A stretch of DNA of 62,991 nt, the filler included, from Nemertoderma westbladi (Eukaryota > Animalia > Xenacoelomorpha): NCBI GenBank assembly GCA_032718475.1. It is 3 parts of 3 records of this genome, joined end to end, with 100 filler letters (N's around TTAATTAATTAA, not from the genome) between each part and the next. Parts side by side here need not be neighbours in the genome. Positions count along the whole stretch, not along the records: positions 1 to 19,032 come from JAUCBJ010003529.1; 2 more parts are not named here. The stretch is one strand, 5' to 3'. The translations under genes and the position numbers were made by a program. Below the pieces are notes generated by a model. The model made no database searches. It was not told the DNA's origin and saw only the letters and a list, made by a program, of their open reading frames with translations. Below are positions 1 through 11,614 of the stretch, in pieces (position 1 is the first letter of the stretch; every line of letters starts with the position of its first letter).

Positions 1-496
1 CTTTAAATGGTATTGCGGGTTGTCTCTCGTCTACATTCCCGTGATGTTCCCGTTCATTGCTGCGGCCCGATCTCTAGCCGGCCATCCTGTCCCTGAGTTT
101 GTTCACCGTAGTGAAACCATAGTAAAACAGAAAAGCTGAGAGAATATTCTGACTTTATTACAGAAGACACAATTATAATACAATGTAATCTGAGAATAAA
201 CTAAGCACGACAGAATAAATCTGAGAAGTATAGATATAAGATTGAGAGAGTGATTGATAACTAATGAACGAATCGCACCTTTATATACTAAATTTGTGCT
301 GCAATCAATCGAGAAAATTCTCGATTGTTCTATGAGTTCTAACAAGGTTTTAAAGATAGCTTATTGGTTCAGCTAATATATAACTTGCACGACATTGGTT
401 ACAATCAAATAACTACAGCCTTATTGGTACAGACAAATGCAATTAATTTGTAGCGGTTAATTTAAATGAGTTGAAATTCTGCACAAAAAATAATTC

Positions 497-571
497 GCAC
501 TTACTAGGATTCGAACTCGATACCTACTACACATATAATTTCCAACGCTCTACCAACTGAGCTACTGAACC
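497..571 (-). mobile_element. tRNA-derived SINE head (or tRNA pseudogene)
   Basis: Minus strand reads GGTTCAGTAGCTCAGTTGGTAGAGCG...GAGTTCGAATCC, i.e. Pol III A and B boxes; anticodon arm and acceptor stem are degenerate. Confidence 0.65.
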
Positions 572-695
572 ACTTGACCGATAGATGCATAATAGATAGA
601 ACCAATACTAATGAGAACTCAAAGCAATCTTTACAAAGTTAATTCGAATAAAATAAAATTTTGAAAATCCACGGCATTTAGGGAATATAATTCTA

Positions 696-1920
696 TAATC
701 TCCATTAAGTAAGAAAGTGTACTAATCTCCATTAGTAAGAAAGTGTACTTACTAATCTCCATTAAGTAAGGAAGTGTACTAATCCCCATTAGTAAGAAAG
801 CGTACTAATCTCCATTAAGTAAGAAAGTGTACTAATATCCATTAAGTAAGAAAGTGTACTAATCTCCATTAGTAAGAAAGTGTACTAATCTCCATTAGTA
901 AGAAAGTGTACTAATCTCCATTAAGTAAGAAAGTGTACTAATCTCCATTAAGTAAGAAAGTGTACTAATCTCCATTAGTAAGAAAGTGTACTAATCTCCA
1001 TTAAGTAAGAAAGTGTACTAATCTCCATTAGTAAGAAAGTGTACTTACTAATCTCCATTAAGTAAGAAAGTGTACTAATCTCCATTAAGTAAGAAAGTGT
1101 ACTAATCTCCATTAGTAAGAAAGTGTACTTACTAATCTCCATTAGTAAGAAAGTGTACTTACTAATCTCCATTAAGTAAGAAAGTGTACTAATCTCCATT
1201 AGTAAGAAAGTGTACTAATCTCCATTAAGTAAGAAAGTGTACTAATCTCCATTAGTAAGAAAGTGTACTTACTAATCTCCATTAAGTAAGAAAGTGTACT
1301 AATCTCCATTAGTAAGAAAGTGTACTAATCTCCATTAAGTAAGAAAGTGTACTAATCTCCATTAAGTAAGAAAGTGTACTAATCTCCATTAGTAAGAAAG
1401 TGTACTTACTAATCTCCATTAAGTAAGAAAGTGTACTAATCTCCATTAGTAAGAAAGTGTACTAATCTCCATTAAGTAAGAAAGTGTACTAATCTCCATT
1501 AAGTAAGAAAGTGTACTAATCTCCATTAGTAAGAAAGTGTACTAATCTCCATTAGTAAGAAAGTGTACTAATCTCCATTAAGTAAGAAAGTGTACTAATC
1601 TCCATTAGTAAGAAAGTGTACTTACTAATCTCCATTAAGTAAGAAAGTGTACTAATCTCCATTAGTAAGAAAGTGTACTAATCTCCATTAAGTAAGAAAG
1701 TGTACTAATATCCATTAGTAAGAAAGTGTACTAATCTCCATTAAGTAAGAAAGTGTACTAATCTCCATTAGTAAGAAAGTGTACTAATCTCCATTAGTAA
1801 GAAAGTGTACTAATCTCCATTAAGTAAGAAAGTGTACTAATCTCCATTAGTAAGAAAGTGTACTAATCTCCATTAAGTAAGAAAGTGTACTAATCTCCAT
1901 TAGTAAGAAAGTGTACTAAT
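696..1920. repeat. Minisatellite with 26/27/30-bp unit variants (AATCTCCATT[A]AGTAAGAAAGTGTACT[TACT])
   Basis: About 45 near-identical tandem units seen directly. Confidence 0.97.
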
Positions 1921-2046
1921 ACCAACTTACCTCTTTGCTAACACCAACTTAATGACTTTTGATAATTGTCATCATTATATATTAATTAATTATAATCCAA
2001 TTATGATCTGTAACCTGCTCCTTTTCCTAAATTGAGAATTTTTTAC

Positions 2047-2388
2047 GGTCGACTTTTTATTGGAATTTAATATATGAAGATTTTTTATATTTTTAAATCT
2101 ATCTTTATTAATTGTTTTATAGCACTTATTTCTGTCTTATAACCTGTACGTATACTAATTCGTTTATTGTTTTGGTTAGATTCAGCTCTTCTTTAACATG
2201 TGTTTTTGGTGATAACCTGGTATTCTTCACATGGGGGTAACTGCAAAGTGAAATATAACGGCAGAAAGTCTGGTATACTTCAACATGGGCCGACTTGAGG
2301 CCCATAAGTGCTATAAAACACTTAATAAAGATCAATTTAAAAAAATAAATAATCTTCATATATAAAATTCCAATAAAAAGTCGACCGA
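2047..2388. mobile_element. Small inverted-repeat (MITE-like) element
   Basis: CGGTCGACTTTTTATTGGAATTTAATATATGAAGAT pairs with ATCTTCATATATAAAATTCCAATAAAAAGTCGACCG; the right-end sequence recurs near 16524-16556 and 17557-17584. Confidence 0.55.
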
Positions 2389-2799
2389 AAAGTGAATCCT
2401 GGTATTCTTCACATGGGCGATATTGGAAACAGAGACAGTTTCACTTCACTCCAGAATTGTCAGAATTGTTATTTTTGCTTTTATACTATATAGCTAGCTA
2501 CAAGGGTTTAAAATAGGTTTCTCTCGCCGATATTGCGCTAGTCGTAGGCCTCTACGGCAGTTATTCTTAAACCTTATAGTTATTATTTGTTGGTAGCAAT
2601 TAAAAGCTGGCCCTGAAAGGATTCCATATGTAACAATAAATTGGATTTTTTTGGTAATTGCTGAGTTATGGTGATTTGAATGTTGTAATGTGTTTGCTTC
2701 AGTTAAGCTATGTGTACAGAGTATTCTATTTAGTAAATACACTTATGAGATAAACAAAATGTTCTAAGGAGGTTGGATTGCATATAAATGCTACACGAA

Positions 2800-3642
2800 G
2801 TGGGGCCTTCGCGCAGCACGTGACTTAATTATACTTAGTTATACATTTCGCCCTCTAGCGGCAGACTGGAGGACTCCAGACCGTTTACTGCCCACCAAAG
2901 ACTCAGGCCGACTTCTACTACATATCTGCTACGTTTCAGCTTGAACGGATCATAAATAACGAGATGGGAGAAAGATTTCACTTTCAAACATTTCGCCCTC
3001 TAGCGGCAGACTGAAGAACTGCACACGGATTAGCCTTCAAATCAATTCAATTCAATTCCTTCTTTCAAAGTCACAGCTAATGGTCTAGTACATATCTGCC
3101 AAATTTCAGCATAAATGGATTAAAAGCAAAGAAATGGGAGGACATTTAACGTTTAGACATGTGGCCCTCTAGCAGGAGACTATTGCTCTGATGGTGTCTG
3201 AAAGTCTCTCAAACGTCTCAACTTTAGCTCATATTGATACCTACAAATTTTCAACTTGGCAGCTTTAAATCCGACAAAGTTATTAGCATGTCAAAATCGT
3301 AACGACGACAACGATTTCACTTTCAGACCTTTGGCCCTCTAGCGGCAGACTGGAGAACTGCAGATGGATTCGCCTCCTTTGAAAGTCACAGCTAATGGTC
3401 TAATACATATCTGCCAAGTTTCAGCTTAAACGGATTAAAAGCAAAGAAATGGGAGGGCATTTAATGTTTAGACATGTGGCCCTCTAGCGGGAGACCATTG
3501 CACTGATGGTGTCTGAAAGTCTCTCAAAAATCTCAACTTTTGCTCATATTGATACCTACAAATTTTCAACTTGGCAGCTTTAAATCCGACAAAGTTATTA
3601 GCATGTCAAAATCGTAACGACGACAACGACGACGACGACGAC

Positions 3643-3690
<48 letters not shown>

Positions 3691-3767
3691 AACTATTTGC
3701 ATAAATTGACCCACCCCCTAACAGTGTCAATTCGCTAAGGCTCCGCCAACTTCGTGGCTCGCCCCAC
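2800..3767. mobile_element. Non-autonomous Helentron/HINE-like element with internal duplication and (CGA)n microsatellite
   Basis: Ends GTGGGGC...GCCCCAC; internal ~320-bp duplication; (CGA)n at about 3616-3692; hairpin near 3' end; repeated GCCCTCTAGCGG motifs. Confidence 0.5.
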
Positions 3768-4417
3768 AAAGACCGAATTCATGACCTTTAATGTTGATGG
3801 AAACTTGACAACCATTGATAATAATCAACTAAGGAAGGTCGATGACTTCCAGTACCTCGGATCATGGATAGAGAGTAGCAAAAAGGACATAGAAGTTAGG
3901 AAAGCAAAGGCTTGGGTAGCTCTATCAAAAATGGATACCATCTGGAAATCACTGATCTCTCCAGGCACCTGAAGACTAAGTTCTTTCGAGCCACAGTGGA
4001 AAGTGTATTTTTATATGGGGGTGAGACCTGGACACTGACTAAATCACTTGAACAACGAATTGATGGTTGCTACACAAGACTACTAAGGGCAGCCCTAAAC
4101 ATCAGCTGGAGACAACACATGACAAATGCCGAGCTTTATGGTACAATACCACCTGTATCAACCACCCTCCGTGAACGCAGATTAAGATTCAGTGGGCACT
4201 GCTGGCGAAGTAAAGACGAGGTCATACCAGATCTACTTTTCTGGCAACCAACTCATGGAAAGCGTAGTCGTGGACGACCGGCCATAACATATATATAGAT
4301 CAACTTGAAAGGGATACTGAACTTAGGAGAAACGATATTGCGACAACTATGGAGAATCGGGAAGCCTGGAAGGATCTCATTTCCACTGTCCGAGTTCGCT
4401 CGACCTAGTAGTAGTAG
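3768..4417 (+). mobile_element. 5'-truncated RTE-clade LINE (RT C-terminus, 3' UTR, (TAG)n tail), frameshifted
   Basis: FQYLGS and RRLRFSGHCWR motifs; near-identical to the RTE at 57745-59825; extra 2 nt near 3951 splits ORFs 3754-3972 and 3912-4298. Confidence 0.92.
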
Positions 4418-4995
4418 AATATTGTGCATTTATTAAGTAGAATAAATAGCCTACGGCAGAAAGCAAATACACGCAGAATTCGAACGCCCATATCTCGCTA
4501 TTTCCAAACCAAATTCAAATATTTTTACTTATTTGGAATCCTTGCACGGCCATCTTTCCGTTGCTACCTACAACATTTTACTCACCCATCTATAAACATC
4601 TTCCATGTTCCCGACGCGACGCCTTAATACCTTCATGTAGATGTCTTCATAAATTATACTACCAAAAAAATGGAAAGTTCCTATATTATTACATGGTATT
4701 TTACCAGAGTTTGCTAATAAATTTACTAAACTCAACTGTAGTAAGGAAGCACGGTGTCTGAACGATGATGTGAGCCGTTTAGAAGGGGGGTTGGTGTGGA
4801 CTTTGGCGCAGAAAATTCATCCTTCTCCGGTGAAAATCGACGCAATTCTTCATAATATATAATATCAGTAAAATTTCGCCCAAATTTTCTTCAAATGGGC
4901 GATTAAATGATAATTAACATTGTTAATTTGCCGAGTCGAGATATCAATGTCTCTCTATTTTAATTTTCTCTAGATGGAAATTAGGTGGATTTAAT

Positions 4996-7900
4996 CAGCG
5001 TCGCTTTAACGCCTAGGCTGCGGCTTGGGCCCCGGCTTAAAAGGGGTTCCCAAATTCGAATCGATTTTTTAAAAATTACCGCTCGCTTTACGTTTTAAGA
5101 CATGCCACAAAGTCTATTTTTTTTCGACTCCTTTTTGTATAATTTAGTGGACCGCTGTCGTCGTCATTAAACATTTTTGATCTCTAATACGTCGGTAAAT
5201 AATTTATGAAATGGAACCAAACTTGGACACATGTCGTCTATCAAATGTTTCGAAATTATACTCGCAGGCAGACTGCTGAGGATATTTCCTCTGTAAGCCG
5301 CTAGGAGGAGTGACCCTGACCAGATCCACTAATTTTATATGTCAGCCACTAGGAGTGACCAATTCCACTAATTTTCTATGTCAGCCACTAGGAGTGACCA
5401 GGTCCACTAATTTACTATGTCAGCCACTAGGAGTGACCAATTCCACTAATTTACTATATCAGCCGAGGAGTGACCAATTCCACTAATTTACTATGTCAGC
5501 CGCTAGGAGTGACCAGGTCCACTAATTTACTATGTCAGCCGCTAGGAGTGACCGATTCCACAAATTTTCTATGTCAGCCACTAGGAGTGACCAGGTCCAC
5601 TAATTTACTATGTCAGCCACTAGGAGTGACCAGATCCACTAATTTGCTCTCTCAGCCGCTAGGAGTGACCAATTCCACTAATTTACTATGTCAGCCGCTA
5701 GGAGTGACCAGGTCCACTAATTTACTATGTCAGCCACTAGGAGTGACCAGATCCACTAATTTACTCTCTCAGCCGCTAGGAGTGACCAATTCCACTAATT
5801 TACTATGTCAGCCGCTAGGAGTGACCAGGTCCACTAATTTACTATGTCAGCCGCTAGGAGTGACCGATTCCACAAATTTTCCATGTCAGCCACTAGGAGT
5901 GACCGGGTCCACTAATTTACTATGTCAGCCGCTAGGAGTGACCAATTCCACTAATTTACTATGTCAGCCGCTAGGAGTGACCAATTCCATTAATTTACTA
6001 TGTCAGCCACTAGGAGTGACCAGGTCCACTAATTTACTATGTCAGCCGCTAGGAGTGACCAATTCCACAAATTTCCTCTGTCAGCCGCTAGGAGTGACCG
6101 GGTCCACTAATTTACTATGTCAGCCACTAGGAGTGACCAGGTCCACTAATTTACTATGTCAGCCGATAGGAGTGACCAATTCCACTAATTTTCTATGTCA
6201 GCCACTAGGAGTGACCAGGTCCACTAATTTTATATGTCAGCCACTAGGAGTGACCAGGTCCACTAATTTACTATGTCACCCGCTAGGAGTGACCAATTCC
6301 ACTAATTTACTATATCAGCCGCTAGGAGTGACCAATTCCACTAATTTACTATGTCAGCCGCTAGGAGTGACCAATTCCACTAATTTACTATATCAGCCGC
6401 TATGAGTGACCAGGTCCACTAATTTACTCTGTCAGCCGCTAGGAGTGACCAGGTCCACTAATTTACTATGTCAGCCGCTAGGAGTGACCAATTCCACTAA
6501 TTTACTATGTCAGCCGCTAGGAGTGACCAATTCCACTAATTTACTATGTCAGTCGCTAGGAGTGACCAGGTCCACTAATTTACTATGTCAGCCGCTAGGA
6601 GTGACCAGGTCCACTAATTTACTGTCAGCCGCTAGGAGTGACCAATTCCACTAATTTACTATATCAGCCGCTAGGAGTGACCAGGTCCACTAATTTACTC
6701 TGTCAGCCGTTAGGAGTGACCAGGTCCACTAATTTACTATGTCAGCCGCTAGGAGTGACCAGGTCCACTAATTTACTGTCAGCCACTAGGAGTGACCAAT
6801 TCCACTAATTTACTATGTCAGCCGCTAGGAGTGACCAGGTCCACTAATTTACTATATCAGCCGCTAGGAGTGACCAATTCCACTAATTTACTATGTCAGC
6901 CGCTAGGAGTGACCAATTCCACTAATTTTCTATGTCAGCCACTAGGAGTGACCAGGTCCACTAATTTACTGTCAGCCGCTAGGAGTGACCAGGTCCACTA
7001 ATTTACTATGTCAGCCGCTAGGAGTGACCAATTCCACTAATTTACTATGTCAGCCACTAGGAGTGACCAGGTCCACTAATTGACTATGTCAGCCGATAGG
7101 AGTGACCAATTCCACTAATTTTCTATGTCAGCCACTAGGAGTGACCAGGTCCACTAATTTACTATGTCAGCCGCTAAGAGTGACCAGGTCCACTAATTTA
7201 CTATGTCAGCCGCTAGGAGTGACCAATTCCACTAATTTACTCTGTCAGCCGCTAGGAGTGACCAATTCCACTAATTTACTATGTCAGCCGCTAGGAGTGA
7301 CCAGGTCCACTAATTTACTATGTCAGCCGCTAGGAGTGACCAATTCCACTAATTTACTCTGTCAGCCGCTAGGAGTGACCGATTCCACTAATATACTATG
7401 TCAGCCGCTAGGAGTGACCAGGTCCACTTATTTACTATGTCAGCCGCTAGGAGTGACCAATTCCACTAATTTACTATGTCACCCGCTAGGAGTGACCAGG
7501 TCCTCTAATTTACTATGTCAGCCGCTAGGAGTGACCAATTCCACTAATTTACTCTGTCAGCCGCTAGGAGTGACCAATTCCACTAATTTACTATATCAGC
7601 CGCTAGGAGTGACCAATTCCACTAATTTACTATGTCAGCCGCTAGGAGTGACCAATTCCACTAATTTACTATGTCAGCCGCTAGGAGTGACCAGGTCCAC
7701 TAATTTACTATGTCAGCCGCTAGGAGTGACCAATTCCACTAATTTACTATGTCAGCCGCTAGGAGTGAACGATTCCACTAATTTACTATGTCAGCCGATA
7801 GGAGTGACCAGGTCCACTAATTTACTATGTCAGCCGCTAGGAGTGACCAATTCCACTAATTTACTATGTCAGCCACTAGGAGTGACCAATTCCACTAATT

Positions 7901-9565
7901 TACTAGGCCTATGTCAGCCGCTAGGAGTGACCAGGTCCACTAATTTACTATGTCAGCCGCTAGGAGTGACCAATTCCACTAATTTACTATGTCAGCCGCT
8001 AGGAGTGACCGATTCCACTAATTTACTATGTCAGCCGATAGGAGTGACCAGGTCCACTAATTTACTATGTCAGCCGCTAGGAGTGACCAATTCCACTAAT
8101 TTACTCTGTCAGCCACTAGGAGTGACCAGGTCCACTAATTTACTATGTCAGCCGCTAGGAGTGACCAATTCCACTAATTTACTATGTCAGCCGCTAGGAG
8201 TGACCAGGTCCACTAATTTACTATGTCAGCCGCTAGGAGTGACCAGGTCCACTAATTTACTATGTCAGCCGCTAGGAGTGACCAGGTCCAATAATTTTCT
8301 ATGTCAGCCACTAGGAGTGACCAGGTCCACTAATTTACTATGTCAGCCGATAGGAGTGACCAGGTCAACTAATTTTCTATGTCAGCCACTAGGAGTGACC
8401 AATTCCACTAATTTTCTATGTCAGCCACTAGGAGTGACCAGGTCCACTAATTTACTATGTCAGCCACTAGGAGTGACCGGGTCCACTAATTTACTATGTC
8501 AGCCGCTAGGAGTGACCAATTCCACTAATTTACTATGTCAGCCGCTAGGAGTGACCAGGTCCACTAATTTACTATGTCAGCCGCTAGGAGTGACCAATTC
8601 CACTAATTTACTATGTCAGCCGCTAGGAGTGACCAGGTCCACTAATTTACTATGTCAGCCGCTAGGAGTGACCAGGTCCACTAATTTACTATGTGAGCCG
8701 CTAGGAGTGACCAATTCCACTAATTTACTATGTCAGCCGCTAGGAGTGACCAATTCCACTAATTTACTATGTCAGCCGCTAGGAGTGACCAGGTCCACTA
8801 ATTTACTATGTCAGCCGCTAGGAGTGACCAGGTCCACTAATTTACTATGTCAGCCGCTAGGAGTGACCAATTCCACTAATTTACTCTGTCAGCCGCTAGG
8901 AGTGACCAGGTCCACTAATTTACTATGTCAGCCGCTAGGAGTGACCAATTCCACTAATTTACTGTCAGCCGCTAGGAGTGACCAATTCCACTAATTTACT
9001 ATGTCAGCCGCTAGGAGTGACCAGGTCCACTAATTTACTATGTCAGCCGCTAGGAGTGACCAGGTCCACTAATTTAACTGCTTTACAAGGACTCAGACTC
9101 CGTATCACATTAAACCACTACGCCATGCTGCTGCTGGGGCTAAATAATAAAATCTGGTTAAGATTTCGATTATATTATAGATACCAGTAAAATGTCTGCT
9201 ATGTCTAACTCTGAAGTTCATTGGCAGCATGGGCGTACAGGAGGGGAGGGGGGGGGGGGGAGCAATTTCCCTCACAGCAAATTTCTAGGGGGCGAAATTA
9301 CAGACATAAATAAAGAGGGACGACATTTTTGAGTATTAGCGCTTTTTCCAACAGTATTATATTACCGCAGAAGAGTTAAAACCACTTAAAATTATTGTTT
9401 CGCAACAACTGCCCCAAATGCGAAATTCATAAGAAGAAAGTGCGTTAGCAATTTTCGTAAAGATTTCAAAAAATACTGGCTAGGGGGGCCCGGGGGTGGG
9501 GGGATGGGTGGCAGATAAGAATAGACAAGGAAGGGGCCTGCCTCGAAAAGGTTAAAGTGGCCCTG
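4996..9565. mobile_element. hAT-like MITE expanded by nested insertions, including the 39-bp satellite
   Basis: TIRs CAGCGTCGCTTTAAC / GTTAAAGTGGCCCTG; imperfect 8-bp TSD GATTTAAT (4988-4995) / GATTTGAC (9566-9573). Confidence 0.5.
5300..9077. repeat. 39-bp minisatellite (GGAGTGACC[AGG/AAT]TCCACTAATTTACTATGTCAGCCGCTA), about 96 copies
   Basis: Direct tandem repetition; the 13-codon period explains the long spurious ORFs. Confidence 0.97.
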
Positions 9566-10627
9566 GATTTGACACAAACTCAATTATTGGATTTGGTCAC
9601 AGAATGTTGTTTTATCCAAATTCCTAAATCAGCCACGGAGCTACCGAATGTATCTCGCCCGCGCCGCGCCACGAATGACGAATCACGCGCAACTCGAGGC
9701 TATAAGATTAGTCGGCAGCGTCGACAGTAATAATTAAGCGATTGGTCTTTGAGAGAAATACGATAGCCAAATACGATAGCTATCGTATGACATTAGGCCT
9801 ACTTAAAAACCCCGACTCAGCAAATCTGCCCTCCAAAGACAAAGGCACGTAACTCCAAATTTTGAAGTTTTAAGTTAATAGCGCAAAATGGAGCACCACA
9901 TACTTCTAAGCTATCATCTCATATATCAAGGACTCCCATTGGTGGTTGTTTGTCATTTTTATTTGAAATTTACCTAACTCGATTATTGCCAATTTTGGTT
10001 ATTACAAAGTCAAAAGCACCTAAGTCAAATTACAAAGTCAAAAGAACATAATACATAACACATACATAATGCATACATAATACATAATACAGACAATTTT
10101 AAATATGAGTTATGTCATTCTGCTATTGAATCCGTTTTCTTTTTTTCATGTGGGTACTGCCAGACTGCGTGAGGCAAAAACACTTAACTGAGTTTAAGTG
10201 GCCTCGTTTGGCTCTATATAGCCATATGGATATGTACGAAAAGTATAAGAAAAAACGTAGTAGAGTTAGAGTATGCTCTATCCAATGATATATAACACAC
10301 CCCTATAGTAGCTACAACATACTAAAAGCGCATACAAAAATCCTTTGGGGGTTGATATCTCAGAATGAGGTTTTTGAAGTTAGGTTCCTTTACCTTTTGA
10401 GTATGCCTGCTGCATTATTTCGGTACGATAGGCCTATCCATCCAGCTATCTACAAGCTGCAACTGATACAGTGATACGGTAGTAAGTTGGTTACGGTACG
10501 CAGGCACGCTACGGACCCGTGTCGCTACCGGTTCGTAAGCCAAAAATACAACAATATTATCGTTATTTGTTCAATGTGTTTCATTTCGCGTACCGGTAAT
10601 ACTACTGTGTACCGGTAATGCTGTGCA

Positions 10628-11614
10628 ATGGAAGGAAATCTAACATCCGGTATTAAGAAGGTTATTTTGCACGCGGGCTCCGGTCCCCCTATTGACTTCG
10701 TGGAATCAACCAAAATCTACTTCTACTACAAAGTCAACGCGGTTCAAGACACAGACGGGGGTGATATGGTGGAGTTAGACGAGCATAAACACCCCAAAAA
10801 ACCACTAGAAATTATAGTCGGAAAGAAGTTTAAACTCGAGGCCTGGGAAGTCTGTCTGACCAGCATGTACGCAGGGGAGGTAAGCTCGTTCCTATGCCAA
10901 CCCTGGGTCGTGTCCAGCTACCCCGCGGTTGCTAAGCAACTGAGGGAGTACCACGGCGGGAAGCTGACCACGGAGCGCTCGCACTGCTGCGGAATGAGTC
11001 AACTCCAGGAGGAAGCTGGGTTGGGTTACTCGGACCTCGATGATTTAGTTAAAAACCCGAAACCTTTAGAGTTTATTCTCGAACTAGTATCGATAGACCC
11101 GCCAGGAGGCGATAAACAGGATTTGTGGGCTCTTTCTGACGAAGAGAAACCCGTTAATATAAAGCGTTTACACGATAAAGGCAACTCTTTTTTTAAGTCG
11201 GGAAAGTCTGAAGAGGCTAGTGACTGTTACAGTAAAGCGTTAGCGCTGATTGAGGATCTCATACTGAAACATAAACCGGGTTCCGATGACCACGACGCCT
11301 TGTGCGAGACCAAATACTCCCTGTTATTGAACTTTGCGCAGTGCCGTCTCTCTCTGAACGATTTCTACCCGGTTATCGAGCACACGAGCACTGTGATTGA
11401 GGCCCAACCGCGGAACGCGAAGGCCTTGTATCGACGGGGGAAGGCTCGCTCCCAGGTCTGGGAGTTTGAGGCGGCCCGAGCCGATTTCCATAAGGTTTTA
11501 GAGTTAGATCCAGCCCTCTCTCGGGATATCGCCAAACAACTCAGGGCTATCGATGACAGGGAAGCGGCTAAGAATTCCGAGGATAAGTTAAGATATAAGT
11601 CGATGTTTAAATAG
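10628..11614 (+). CDS. AIP: AH receptor-interacting protein (AIP/AIPL1-like): FKBP-type domain plus TPR repeats, intronless
   Basis: KPLEIIVGKKFKLEAWE, HCCGM, LGYSDLDDL and PLEFILEL are AIP-family motifs; C-terminal TPRs (LLLNFAQC, KALYRRGKA); 328 aa, intact. Confidence 0.93.
   Translation: MEGNLTSGIKKVILHAGSGPPIDFVESTKIYFYYKVNAVQDTDGGDMVELDEHKHPKKPLEIIVGKKFKLEAWEVCLTSMYAGEVSSFLCQPWVVSSYPAVAKQLREYHGGKLTTERSHCCGMSQLQEEAGLGYSDLDDLVKNPKPLEFILELVSIDPPGGDKQDLWALSDEEKPVNIKRLHDKGNSFFKSGKSEEASDCYSKALALIEDLILKHKPGSDDHDALCETKYSLLLNFAQCRLSLNDFYPVIEHTSTVIEAQPRNAKALYRRGKARSQVWEFEAARADFHKVLELDPALSRDIAKQLRAIDDREAAKNSEDKLRYKSMFK

Noticed and set aside
497-571. Functional tRNA gene
   Set aside because: No proper acceptor or anticodon stem
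696-1920. CRISPR-like appearance of the 27-bp array (also considered for the 35- and 39-bp arrays)
   Set aside because: Units are head-to-tail with no unique spacers; no cas genes; eukaryotic context
5470-9190. Long ORFs (311 and 630 aa) of TNLLCQPLGVTRS repeats
   Set aside because: Product of a 39-bp (13-codon) satellite; broken by frameshifts and stops, with no unique domain
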